Assembly: GCA_965203555.1 (NCBI GenBank)
Contig: CBDBCY010000004.1
Coordinates: 2,880,001 to 2,944,000, forward strand
Origin: Acidimicrobiia bacterium
Lineage (GTDB): Bacteria; Actinomycetota; Acidimicrobiia; Spongiisociales; ZC4RG35
Direction of reading: 5' to 3'
Length of the DNA stretch: 64,000 bases
In this document: piece by piece, positions 35,211-46,709 of the stretch
Position numbering within the stretch: position 1 is the first letter of the stretch
How the letters are laid out: every line of letters starts with the position of its first letter
Notes under the pieces: generated by a model
What the model saw: the letters and a program-made list of their open reading frames with translations, nothing else
What the model was told of the DNA's origin: nothing
Databases searched by the model: none
Translations under genes and position numbers: made by a program

Positions 35211-36404
35211 GGTGAGCCAGTGTTGGTATTGGGTGGCGAGTTGGTGGTTGTGGTAGAGGCCTCGTTCGAGTTGTGAGAGGCGGTTTGGGTGGGTTTGGAG
35301 GGCTATGGCGGCGCGAGCCAGAGTTGTTTGGGTTTTTTGGCGTAGGCAGCGTAGATCGCTGCCGTTGGGTGTTTGGTTCGGGTTGGTCAGCAGTCGGTAG
35401 ACCTGGCGGGCGATGTAGCGTTTCAGGCAGCGGATGATCTCTTTGCGGGTTTTGCCTTCGGCTTGTCGCCGTTGGGCGTATTCGATGGTGCGGGGGTCGG
35501 TGCGTAGCCGTACTGTGGCTATACGCCAGAGGGCGTTGTTGGCTTGGCGGTCGCCGCCGCGGTTGAGTCGGTGACGCACTATGCGTCCCGACGACGCTTG
35601 GACGGGGCTTGCGCCGCAGAGAGCGGCGAAAGACGCTTCTGTGCGCATGCGGTGGGGGTTGTCCCCGGCGGTGACCAGCAGCGCGGCGGCGGTTTCGGGG
35701 CCGATCCCACCGGCAGCCAGCAGCGCCGGGTTGGCCCGGGCGCAGAGCTGTTTGATTTCGGTGTCGAGTTGTTGGATCTCCCAGGTAAGTGCTTGGTATC
35801 GGCGGGCCAACAGACGCAACGCTTTCTTGGCATAGGCGATATTGGTCCGGTTCGCGCCGGGACGATAGGCGGCGCAGACCTTCACCCGGGCTTTCGGGGA
35901 AAGGCTCCCGAGTTGGTGTTTGACCTGGTCGGGAGCGGTGACCACCAGAGCGTGCAGCTGGTTGATGGTCTGGGTGCGGGCCTTGGCGGCCGAACGGCGG
36001 ACCACCCGAAGCATCCTGATCGCTTCGACTGGTCCGTCGCCGCTTTTGGGTGTCCCGGTGGCCTGTCCGCTCAAAACAGCCCGGGCCGCGGCCTGAGCGT
36101 CGGTGGCGTCGGTCTTGCCGAACCGGCGGCGCAGTTGACGGTTGGGACGGTTCACTTCCACTACCTCGACACCGATTCTCACCAGGTAGCGGGTCAGGCC
36201 GGCGCCGTAGCTGCCGGTGCCCTCTATTCCGACCTGGGCAACGTTGCCGTGTGACCCCAGCCAGTTGCCCAGTTGTTCATAACCGGCTGTGTCGGTTCCG
36301 AACGATGCCGTGCCCAACACCCGACCGGTGGTATCCACCACCGCCGCCACATGAACATCGCGGTGGGTGTCCACCCCACCGAACACATCAACCCGATCTG
36401 ACAT
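35211..36404 (-). CDS. IS110 DEDD recombinase with C-terminal XRE-like HTH; last codons (TPQTPI-stop, 32899-32919) split off by IS21
   Basis: GVDTH, GIEGTGSYG, GKTD..DA, QASSG, HRLNRGGDRQAN, RCLKRY; tail DLR.LRQ....TL...A..L......LSQLERG. Confidence 0.93.
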
Positions 36405-36409
36405 TCGTC

Positions 36410-36620
36410 TCTTCTCCTCATTTAGAATCGGTTCTGTTCTCCCTGACCCGAAAAGGCGGTGGACGGACCACTCAAGTGGCAAGAGCAAGGCTCCTATCAG
36501 GTCACAGCCGCCCTGTCGGGAGAGCGCCGCCCCCAGGCCGGAAGCAGGCCGACAAATCAAACCAAAGGCACAAACAGGCCAGGTTAGGTTGGAGTCAGAC
36601 CCGCCCCGGCCCAGGGGCAC
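36410..36620 (-). ncRNA. Predicted IS110 bridge RNA (target- and donor-binding loops)
   Basis: Non-coding left end with two stem-closed loops holding CAACCTAA+GGTTTG (target) and ATAGGAGC+TGAGTG (donor) guide-like segments; transcript limits approximate. Confidence 0.8.
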
Positions 36621-36635
36621 CTATAAGTATGAGTG

Positions 36636-37755
36636 GATGAGGTTGTTGATGCCTTCCAGGGATCCGTTCGAACGGCGGGCGTGGTGCCAGTTGAGGATTT
36701 CTTTTGACCAGTTGAGGACGGTGGTGACGGTGTGGTAGTACTCGGGTATGTGTCCGGTTTCGTACAGGGTGACGAACCGTTCGAGGGCATCGAGCGCGGT
36801 GGGGAGGTCTTTGGCCTCATAGAGGCCGTAGAGTTGTTGGAGAGCGCACCGAGGCGACCCGCAGACGCGGGTACGCCTCGAATAGGTGTCGGAGACGTTT
36901 TTTCTCTTCGGGGGTGATATTGGCCTTTCTTTTGAGGAGCAGGTACCGGGCGCGGAACAGATCCGGATGCCAGGCGGGTTTGACGCCGGGCGACTGGCGG
37001 CGTTGCAGATCCCGGCGTACCAGGGTCAGTCCTTCGGTGAACCAGCGGGCGGCGTGGAACCGGTCCAGGACATGACAGGCCGAAGGAAGGTAGCGGACGA
37101 TGGCCGCCTGGTAGGAACGGGAACCGTCGGAGACCACGACCTGTACGTTCTGGCGCCAGCGGGGTCCCTGCTCGATGAAGAACCTGCTCAACGCCTGTTT
37201 GGACCGCCCAGGGAACATGGACAGGATCTCGCCGGTGTCGCCGTTGACAACAACGGTTACATAGCGGTGGCGTTTTCGGATCGATGTTTCGTCGATCAGC
37301 AGCACCCGGCACCTTTGGCGACGGCGCCGGGTTCGGATCAAATGGGACCAGTCGGTGACCAGACCCATGATCAGATGCCAACTGATCTGGTGGCGGCGGG
37401 CCACTGCCCGGATGGGCATGGCCTGGGCGTCCTGGACCAGCCGGCGGGCCAGCCGGCGCGTTATACCACCCACAAACTGGGGATGGGTTTCCATGTGCCG
37501 CCTCTCGCACCGGTCGCACACGTACCGTCGCTGCGTCCACAACAACACCGTCAAACGTCCGCTCACTTCCAGGTCGCGGATTCGCCGCTGGCGGCGGTCG
37601 TGCACCCGCCGGCACGACCGGCCACAATGCGGACACTCCGACAGCTTCTTCACCGAGACCACCTCCACCACCAGCTCCCCGACGGTGTCAACCACCACCT
37701 TCGTCACCCGCACACCACGCAGGTGCAACCGGACCGGCATAACATCAGCATTCAT
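36636..37755 (-). pseudogene. ISL3 transposase, frameshifted near 36850 and interrupted by IS110; C-terminus at 32809-32881
   Basis: CPHCG..C zinc finger, IRDL, LIDETS, VVSD, LDRFH, then ALQQLY...SNGSLEGINNLI in another frame. Confidence 0.92.
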
Positions 37756-37940
37756 TGAGGCCTCCTGGATAGGCGATTCGCTTACACCACCTATTCCAGC
37801 GAGGCCTCAACCCCTAACCAAGGACCCCCTCCCTAACCCTGCTCCCCACAAATACGCGCAGCCTCCTCAATACTGAAGGGTGCGCGGGTAGGGAGATCGT
37901 GATTGTCGCCCTCCAGCATCTTTACCCAGGCAGGAGAAGA

Positions 37941-39053
37941 TCAGAAACGAGCCGGTTCGGGGCCTGTGTAGCGGGCGCTGGGGCGCAGGAGTTTGCCCTT
38001 CTGGGCTTGTTCGAGCACATGAGCGGACCAGCCGATTGAGCGGCTTACCGCGAAGGTGGGGGTGAACATCTCTCGGGGGAGTCCGGCCATTTCCAGCACC
38101 ACTGAGGCCCAGTATTCGACATTGGTGAGAATCCGCTGGTTGGGTTTCCACTCGGCCAGCACTCCGAGGATCGCTTCCTCTATACCCGCCGCTCGTTCCA
38201 CCAGGTCTCCTCCCAGGCTTTCGGCCGCCGATCGCAACACCACGCCCCGGGGATCTGAGACCCGGTAGACCGCGTGACCAAACCCCATGATCTTTTGCTT
38301 TTCGGCCAAGCGCGCCCGTACCCACTCTGCGGCGCGGTCCGGCGTGCCTATCACATCGATCATGTCCATCACCCGGCTGGGTGCGCCGCCGTGAAGGGGT
38401 CCGCTCAGGGCGCCCAGACCGGCCACCAAGGCGCCGGCCATGTCCGCTCCGGTGCTGGCCACCACCCGGCTGGCAAAGGTGGAGACATTGAACCCGTGGT
38501 CCAAAGTGGTGATCAGGTACTGCTCCACAGCCCGCGCCGATTTATGGCTTGGCGGTCTGCCTGTGTTCATCCTCAGGTAGTCGGCGGCGTGGGACAGGTT
38601 CGGGTCGGGGTCCAATGGCTTCAGACCCGCTCTGCGCCGCTGGTGGCGGGCCAGGATGGTGGGAACCGCGGCCGCCAGTCGGATCGCGTCGTCACGGCGT
38701 TGCTCCGCTGAGCGGTCGAGCAGCGGACCCCGACCCTCCACCGCCGCCACCGCCAGCAGTCCCACCCGAAGAACCGCCATCGAGTCGTTCATGCGGGCGC
38801 TGGCCGAGTCCACCACCCGGGCCGCCTCCTCGGGAATGGCCCGCACCGGTCCCGGATCGATGGCGGGCGCCTCGGGCGGCAGGGCGCCGTTGATCTGAAG
38901 CGCCCACACGTCCTCCAGCGTCCGCGTGCGAGCCAGGTCCACCGCGCTGTACTGGCGGTAGTGAAAGAACCCCTCCTCACCCCGGACTGCTCCCAGTTCG
39001 GTGTCGGACACCACAAGTCCCTTCAAACCCGGGGGCGCGATTTCCATGTTCAT
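37941..39053 (-). CDS. Citrate synthase / 2-methylcitrate synthase (short type)
   Basis: PPGLKG, DHGFN.STF, LSGPLHGGA, IMGFGHAVY...DPR, NVE, R.IGW.AH. Confidence 0.93.
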   Translation of the reverse strand: MNMEIAPPGLKGLVVSDTELGAVRGEEGFFHYRQYSAVDLARTRTLEDVWALQINGALPPEAPAIDPGPVRAIPEEAARVVDSASARMNDSMAVLRVGLLAVAAVEGRGPLLDRSAEQRRDDAIRLAAAVPTILARHQRRRAGLKPLDPDPNLSHAADYLRMNTGRPPSHKSARAVEQYLITTLDHGFNVSTFASRVVASTGADMAGALVAGLGALSGPLHGGAPSRVMDMIDVIGTPDRAAEWVRARLAEKQKIMGFGHAVYRVSDPRGVVLRSAAESLGGDLVERAAGIEEAILGVLAEWKPNQRILTNVEYWASVVLEMAGLPREMFTPTFAVSRSIGWSAHVLEQAQKGKLLRPSARYTGPEPARF

Positions 39054-39162
39054 CTCCTAATCGAACGGTACGCCGGCCACGTCTCCGGGCATTGCGACGG
39101 AGAGAACCCGGTTGCTCATCGGGCGGTCAACATCACCCTGGGAGCCCCCTTTCAAATGACAG

Positions 39163-39663
39163 GTGTTCATTGTAATCCCTGCGGCACCCGGCAGACTCGC
39201 CGTCTTCAAGTCACGGTGCCCGGGCTATGATCCCCCACTACGCAATCTGCGGAGGTCGATCATCACCGGCACTTCACCGCCACCCGATCCCGGTTCCGAC
39301 TGGACCTCGGCACCGCCTTCAGATGGCTCCTATAGCTTCGAACCGGACATTTCGGTCGCAGCCACCCGGATAGCCCTCACCGGCTTCGGGTCATCGGTAG
39401 GCTTCCTGGCGCTGCTGGCCTTGATTGTGATGCTGGAGGCGGGAGGCCCGGGGGCACCCGGAGTCCTGTACGCGATCTCCCTGGTCGCCCTTCTCCTGGG
39501 ACTGGTCTTGTCCATCGTCGGATTGAGCAAGCGCCACCGGATCAGCAGGGAGCATCACAAGCTGGCCATCGCCGGGCTGGTGATCTCCATGGTGTCGATC
39601 GTGGCTGTGCCCTTTCTCCTGATCGTGGCCTTCGCCATGTTTATGGGAGATTTCTTCACCTGA
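39163..39663 (+). CDS. Small membrane protein, DUF4190-like; start uncertain
   Basis: Three hydrophobic segments with LGLVLSIVGL...LAIAGLVIS pattern. Confidence 0.6.
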   Translation: MFIVIPAAPGRLAVFKSRCPGYDPPLRNLRRSIITGTSPPPDPGSDWTSAPPSDGSYSFEPDISVAATRIALTGFGSSVGFLALLALIVMLEAGGPGAPGVLYAISLVALLLGLVLSIVGLSKRHRISREHHKLAIAGLVISMVSIVAVPFLLIVAFAMFMGDFFT

Positions 39664-39838
39664 GGGTGCGGTCCGAATCCGGTCGGCGCTGCCGGCATCG
39701 CTCCAAGCCACCCTGCACATGTTTTTTGTTCCCTTTTCACCGTGCCGTCCCAAGATGGGAACTGACGCACCGCCCTCTTTCATCTACCGGCAAGTCGGGC
39801 GCGGGAACCGCAGTCCCCTGATCCGGCGGTAGTTCGCT

Positions 39839-40888
39839 CTACCAGCCGCCCAACCGGTCTACTTCGGCCCATACCGCCGCCTCCGGTTCCTCGACCGGGG
39901 GGAACTCGACAAGTCCCGACACTGACTTCGGGGAGATTGCCAATACTCGGGCGGCCTGGGTTTGGGTGAGGACTCCTTTGGTCAGAGCGGCGCATACCAA
40001 CTGCAACATGGGGCGGGGAGCGGTGGCCAGTGGCGGAGGGTTGGCGCCACGGCCTCGGTCCATCGGATTCGGAGAGTAACCCAATCCCGGCGCCAGTCCG
40101 GTGGGGGAGACCTGTCCCATCCGATGGTATTGCTCCCCCGAGATCAAGCCCGACTGGCGAAGCCGCGTCGCGATCAGCGCATAGCTCACTCCGAACATAC
40201 GTTGCAGGTGTAAAGCCGCCACGGGATGGGAAGGTTCCACGCCTCCCCCCAGGGCGGCCACCGCCCTGATCAAGGCGCTATCGGGTACCAGCAGTTGGGC
40301 GGCGAAGCCGTCGGCAAGGCGCTGATGGGGTCCCTCGGGTTGCGAGAACCAGGCATCTCGCAGGTGGGAATGGCAGAAGGCGTGGCCCAGTTGAGCAGCC
40401 AGTGCGAATAGGTGGCGCCCCAGGTCCAGTCGGGAGTTCACCACTGCGCAGAACCCGATGGACGGGTGGTTGAAGAAGAATCCGGAGTGCGGTTCTCCCA
40501 GAGGAAGACGAAAGACCATGGCGTGGGGAGCGGCCAGCGCCAGCAGGTGATCGAAGATCGGCCCCTCGCCCCAGCCGAGAGCCACTCTCGCCGCCTGGGC
40601 AAGCCGGGACGCGTCGCCGAGATCGGCCCGGTGGGGAAGGGAAGAAGGAGGCAGAGGGCTGATTCCGCGACCGGGCAGTTCCCCGCCCATGAGGGTCACC
40701 AATTCGAGGTAGGACTGTGCCAGTTCGGCGAAGCGGTTTACGGAGATCCGGAAGTCGTTGTCCGGTGCGAAATCGGCCCAACCGAGGACCTCGGCAGCCA
40801 GGACAGGCGCCGCTGCTCGGTCCGCCGGCCACCGGTTCATCGAGTCGGTCTGCTCCGAGGGAGATTCCCGATCGACCCTGTCACCCAT
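39839..40888 (-). CDS. ImmA/IrrE (DUF955)-like protein with degenerate zinc-binding motif
   Basis: SGFF......VVN.....GRHLFALAAQLGH, ADGFAAQLLVP, FGVSY.....RL; start may be 40840. Confidence 0.75.
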   Translation of the reverse strand: MGDRVDRESPSEQTDSMNRWPADRAAAPVLAAEVLGWADFAPDNDFRISVNRFAELAQSYLELVTLMGGELPGRGISPLPPSSLPHRADLGDASRLAQAARVALGWGEGPIFDHLLALAAPHAMVFRLPLGEPHSGFFFNHPSIGFCAVVNSRLDLGRHLFALAAQLGHAFCHSHLRDAWFSQPEGPHQRLADGFAAQLLVPDSALIRAVAALGGGVEPSHPVAALHLQRMFGVSYALIATRLRQSGLISGEQYHRMGQVSPTGLAPGLGYSPNPMDRGRGANPPPLATAPRPMLQLVCAALTKGVLTQTQAARVLAISPKSVSGLVEFPPVEEPEAAVWAEVDRLGGW

Positions 40889-41319
40889 GGCAGCGGCATC
40901 TGCCCAAGCCTATCTTGAGGATTGCCTCCTTCGGGGCGCAAGGCTCCATCGCAATGACGAAGAGCGGCAAGAAATGTCGGGATCCGGATTGACGTTGTCT
41001 CACCCTTGTCCTCATACTGTGGGGACTGACACAAATACCTCCGGCCGGGGACCGGGCTCACCCAGGCCGCACTATCCAGAGGTCATAGAAGCTAAATGAA
41101 CTCAGTCGTGAACTTTCGCGACCTTGAAGACGGCTCGGTGGCGGTGGGGGTGGGCCCGGCAAGGGGGGAGGCCGAGAATTCGCGAAATAGTGATGATGTT
41201 CACAACTTAGTGCAGGCTTTAACCTGATTGTTGGGATCCTTACAAGAAGGACTCGGTACAGAATTGTGCGGAACCGCTCTTTGGAGGAAACCCCAGTCTT
41301 CGAACGGGGTAGCGGCTCG

Positions 41320-41799
41320 TCAAGCTTCGGAGGGTTCTTCTTCGCTGTCAGTGGCGGCACGAAACCGGGGGCGCTCGACCAGGCGTTTGAGGACTCCCAG
41401 ACCCTTGTCGGCCATCTTCCGGTAGCCTGCGATCAGTTCTCCCAGTTTCTGGCGGTCCTCGCGGGCGCTTTTGAGCATTTCCATCAGTTCTGACATCTTT
41501 GCCGTATGAATCTCCAGTCTTGGCGTCAGCCGTCGGCTGGCGTGTTCCAATTGACGACGAACCTTCTCTAAATCCTGGCGCGCCTTGTCTCGCTCGCTAC
41601 GAGCCTCCTCCAACTCCCGGTTTGCTTTTTCCAGTTCGGCGCGGGTTGCCTGAAGTTCACTCCGCACCAGGTCTCGCTGTTGTTTCATTCTCTTGTAGGC
41701 CACTGATGCCACGACCCCCCAGATCAAGAAGAGGAGGGCGAGGGAAAAGCCGATGCCGGCGATCCACCATTCGGTGTCGAAGTCCCAGTTGACTGTCAT
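41320..41799 (-). CDS. Single-pass membrane protein with coiled coil
   Basis: N-terminal TM helix then heptad-rich E/R/K/Q segment; RBS gaggagg. Confidence 0.75.
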   Translation of the reverse strand: MTVNWDFDTEWWIAGIGFSLALLFLIWGVVASVAYKRMKQQRDLVRSELQATRAELEKANRELEEARSERDKARQDLEKVRRQLEHASRRLTPRLEIHTAKMSELMEMLKSAREDRQKLGELIAGYRKMADKGLGVLKRLVERPRFRAATDSEEEPSEA

Positions 41800-41996
41800 C
41801 AGGGGTTACCTCCTCTCTCCGCCGGTGTGAGCGGGCAATCCCCTGCACTCAAAGTGTATGCCCTCCGCTCCAACCCTCCTGCTTCCTTTCGGTCACTGGA
41901 AAGCCGGTTCGACCGGATGCTGGCAGTGCCTATCCAGGCTGGTCGGCTGCCTCTTCCTCCGACTGGGGCACCCCCTGGTCCGCCCTGGCGCGAACG

Positions 41997-42782
41997 TTAC
42001 TCACCGACCTCCGCTCCCAGGGCTGCAACCAGGGCGGGCACTGCCTGTCCAGCCGGCAGCGAGACCTTGGTTGCCGCGAGATGATCGAAGGCGGTAGGGC
42101 CCAGGTTGACGATCACCATCGGGATTCCATTCCGGGCCGCTGCTACGGGGATATCTGCTGCGGGGTACACCGACAGCGTCGAACCTATCACCAGCACGCC
42201 GTCGGACAGGGCTGAGAAGAACCGAGCCTTTTGTATTTCTCGTTCCGGAAGCATCTGCCCGAACGAGACGGTGGCGGTCTTCACTATGCCGCCGCATTGG
42301 GGACAACGGGGCTCCTCCTGTCCGGCGTCCACCCAGCCAATCACCTCGGCAGTGGGCCAATGGGCCGGACAACTCATGCATCGGGTTTTGCGGACGTTGC
42401 CGTGCAGCTCAGAGACCAAGTCGTCGGGGAGGCCGGCTTCCTGATGAAGCCCGTCGATGTTCTGGGTTACGCACCCCGTAAGCCGCCCCGCCTTCCACAA
42501 GTCCACAATGGCCAGATGGGCAGCGTTGGGCTTCACCTGCGAGCCGGCGCCCAACAACTCGCCCTGCTGGTGCAGCCGCCAGCGCATAACCCGCACCCGG
42601 CGGCTCGACATGTAACGATCGATGTGGAAGTCATCGGGATCGAGCTTGGTCCACAACCCGTCGGGACCTCGAAAGTCGGGAATGCCCGACTCGGTGGACA
42701 CCCCCGCGCCGGTGAATACCATGATCTGATCGCAGCCGCTCAGCGCCCTGGCCGCCCGGTCGATCGGAGAGGTGTCGCTCAC
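41997..42782 (-). CDS. cobB: NAD-dependent protein deacylase (sirtuin)
   Basis: TGAGVSTESGIPDFRG, TQNIDGLH, ELHG, CxxC..CxxC, GSTL.VYPAA. Confidence 0.95.
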   Translation of the reverse strand: MSDTSPIDRAARALSGCDQIMVFTGAGVSTESGIPDFRGPDGLWTKLDPDDFHIDRYMSSRRVRVMRWRLHQQGELLGAGSQVKPNAAHLAIVDLWKAGRLTGCVTQNIDGLHQEAGLPDDLVSELHGNVRKTRCMSCPAHWPTAEVIGWVDAGQEEPRCPQCGGIVKTATVSFGQMLPEREIQKARFFSALSDGVLVIGSTLSVYPAADIPVAAARNGIPMVIVNLGPTAFDHLAATKVSLPAGQAVPALVAALGAEVGE

Positions 42783-43825
42783 CCTCTCGCGCCCAGGTAA
42801 CGGTCGGGATCGCGACGGAAGGCGGTTTCGCAACCCGCCGCGCAGAACCAGTAGCCCTGCCCGTCATGATCGGCGGAAAAACGGGCCCGGGAGGGGATCA
42901 CCATCATCCCGCACACCGGGTCGGTCGTTTCCTCGTTGGCAGCCGCCTCCCTGCGGTCCTCGCCCGAACCTGTGGACACCGCGCCGGCCTCCGCCAAGGC
43001 AGATCGGCCGCCCCTCGCCGAGGGGGCTGCTTCCGAGACGTGGGACGCCGAGCCTCGCAAAGCCACCAGTTCGGCCAGGATGCTCACCGCCATCTCCCGG
43101 TGCCCCACCCGTCCCAGGTCGAGTCCGGCCGGTGCTCGTACCCGGGCCAGGTCGGCCTCGCCCACCCCCCGTTCGCGCAGGTACGAGACCACCGCCGCGG
43201 AGCGTTTCCGGGAAGCCACCAGACCCACGTGCCGGGCCCCGGTGGCCAAAGCGGCCGCCAGCGCCTCCTCGTCGTAGTGACCCTGCGTGGCCACCACCAC
43301 CATGGTCTGGCGGTCCACCCCCACCTTCTCCAGATCCAAGGTCAGGAACACCCGGTCGGACGGATCGTGATCATCGGCCCGGCCGCCGTCGTCCACCACC
43401 GAGGTGCGCCAGCCCAAAGCCCGGGCCATGGCGGTCAGAGTCCCGACGGCGGGAGACTTGCCCACCACGACCAGGTGGGGCGGGGGGAATACCGGCTCCA
43501 GGTACACCTCCATGGTGCCTTCGGAGTCACACGCCATGGGCACCGTCTCCACTCCCTGGCGGTCGCCGCCGGCCAAACCGTGATCGGGTCCGAGCACCAC
43601 CAGCCGGGCACGACCCTCGTGCAGCACCTCCCGGGCCACCCGGGTGATGGTGGGCGCCGCGCAGGCGCCACCCAACCAACCGTGCATTCGATCGTCGGGG
43701 AAGATGATCGCCCGGTATCCCTGCTTGCCCGACGACAATCCCGAACTCCACACCACCGTGGCCAGCACGAACGGCTCGCCGCGGGCGCGAAGCGCCACGG
43801 CTTGGTCCAGCAGCTCGTCCATCAC
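42779..43825 (-). CDS. XdhC/CoxF molybdoenzyme maturation protein with C-terminal YHS domain
   Basis: GWLGGAC, M.C.SEG, VATQG..DE, GLVASRKR, PAGLD.G, DPVCGM...YWFC..GC. Confidence 0.9.
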   Translation of the reverse strand: MMDELLDQAVALRARGEPFVLATVVWSSGLSSGKQGYRAIIFPDDRMHGWLGGACAAPTITRVAREVLHEGRARLVVLGPDHGLAGGDRQGVETVPMACDSEGTMEVYLEPVFPPPHLVVVGKSPAVGTLTAMARALGWRTSVVDDGGRADDHDPSDRVFLTLDLEKVGVDRQTMVVVATQGHYDEEALAAALATGARHVGLVASRKRSAAVVSYLRERGVGEADLARVRAPAGLDLGRVGHREMAVSILAELVALRGSASHVSEAAPSARGGRSALAEAGAVSTGSGEDRREAAANEETTDPVCGMMVIPSRARFSADHDGQGYWFCAAGCETAFRRDPDRYLGARG

Positions 43826-43858
43826 AACCTTGGACAGACGAGCTGCTCACCAGTGTTC

Positions 43859-46222
<2,364 letters not shown>

Positions 46223-46224
46223 GG

Positions 46225-46698
46225 TCAGCCTTCCTCCCCGCCGTTTTGGGCCGCCGCCCACTGAACGGCTTTGACGATGTTCACGTATCCGGTGCAGCGG
46301 CAGATGTTGCCCGAGATCGCCCAGCGGATGTCATCTTCGCTGGGGTCGGGGTTCTCCTCCAGCAGGGCGGTGGAGACCAGCATCATGCCGGGAGTGCAGA
46401 AGCCGCACTGCAGGCCGTGCTCCTGAGCGAAGCCCTTCTGGACCGCACTCAGTTCGCCGCCCTGCTTGAGCCCTTCCACGGTGGTGACCGAAGCGCCGTC
46501 GGCCTGCACCGAGAACATGGTGCATGACTTCATGGGTACCCCGTCGACCAGCACCGTGCAGGCGCCGCAACTGGTGGTGTCACACCCGATGTGGGTTCCC
46601 CGAAGGCCGAAGTCCGAGCGGATGGTGTCGACCAGCAGGCGCCGAGGCTCCACATCGGCAGTGTGATCGGTTCCGTTGACGTTGATGGTGATTTGCAT
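46225..46698 (-). CDS. coxS: CO dehydrogenase small (2Fe-2S) subunit
   Basis: [28 protein letters not shown]. Confidence 0.95.
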   Translation of the reverse strand: MQITINVNGTDHTADVEPRRLLVDTIRSDFGLRGTHIGCDTTSCGACTVLVDGVPMKSCTMFSVQADGASVTTVEGLKQGGELSAVQKGFAQEHGLQCGFCTPGMMLVSTALLEENPDPSEDDIRWAISGNICRCTGYVNIVKAVQWAAAQNGGEEG

Positions 46699-46709
46699 AG
46701 TCGTCTCTC

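Larger units (their letters stand above)
32882..36635 (-). mobile_element. IS110-family element inserted at a CA core within the ISL3 transposase gene
   Basis: No IRs; removing it rejoins ISL3 codons GINNLI|QTLRRTAHGF; right end TTGACAAACATAGGAGCAT-CA, left end CA-CTCATACTTATAGG. Confidence 0.92.
32758..37865 (-). mobile_element. ISL3-family element, interrupted by IS110 (which is itself interrupted by IS21)
   Basis: 8-bp direct repeat ctcaatac at 32750-32757 and 37866-37873; imperfect terminal IRs GGCCCTGCGCGTTTTTTTGGG / GAGGCTGCGCGTATTTGTGGG. Confidence 0.92.

Noticed and set aside
40989-41099. TTGACG-18 nt-CATACT promoter-like motif followed by a ~26-codon ORF
   Set aside because: No RBS, homology or structure to support a gene; could be chance
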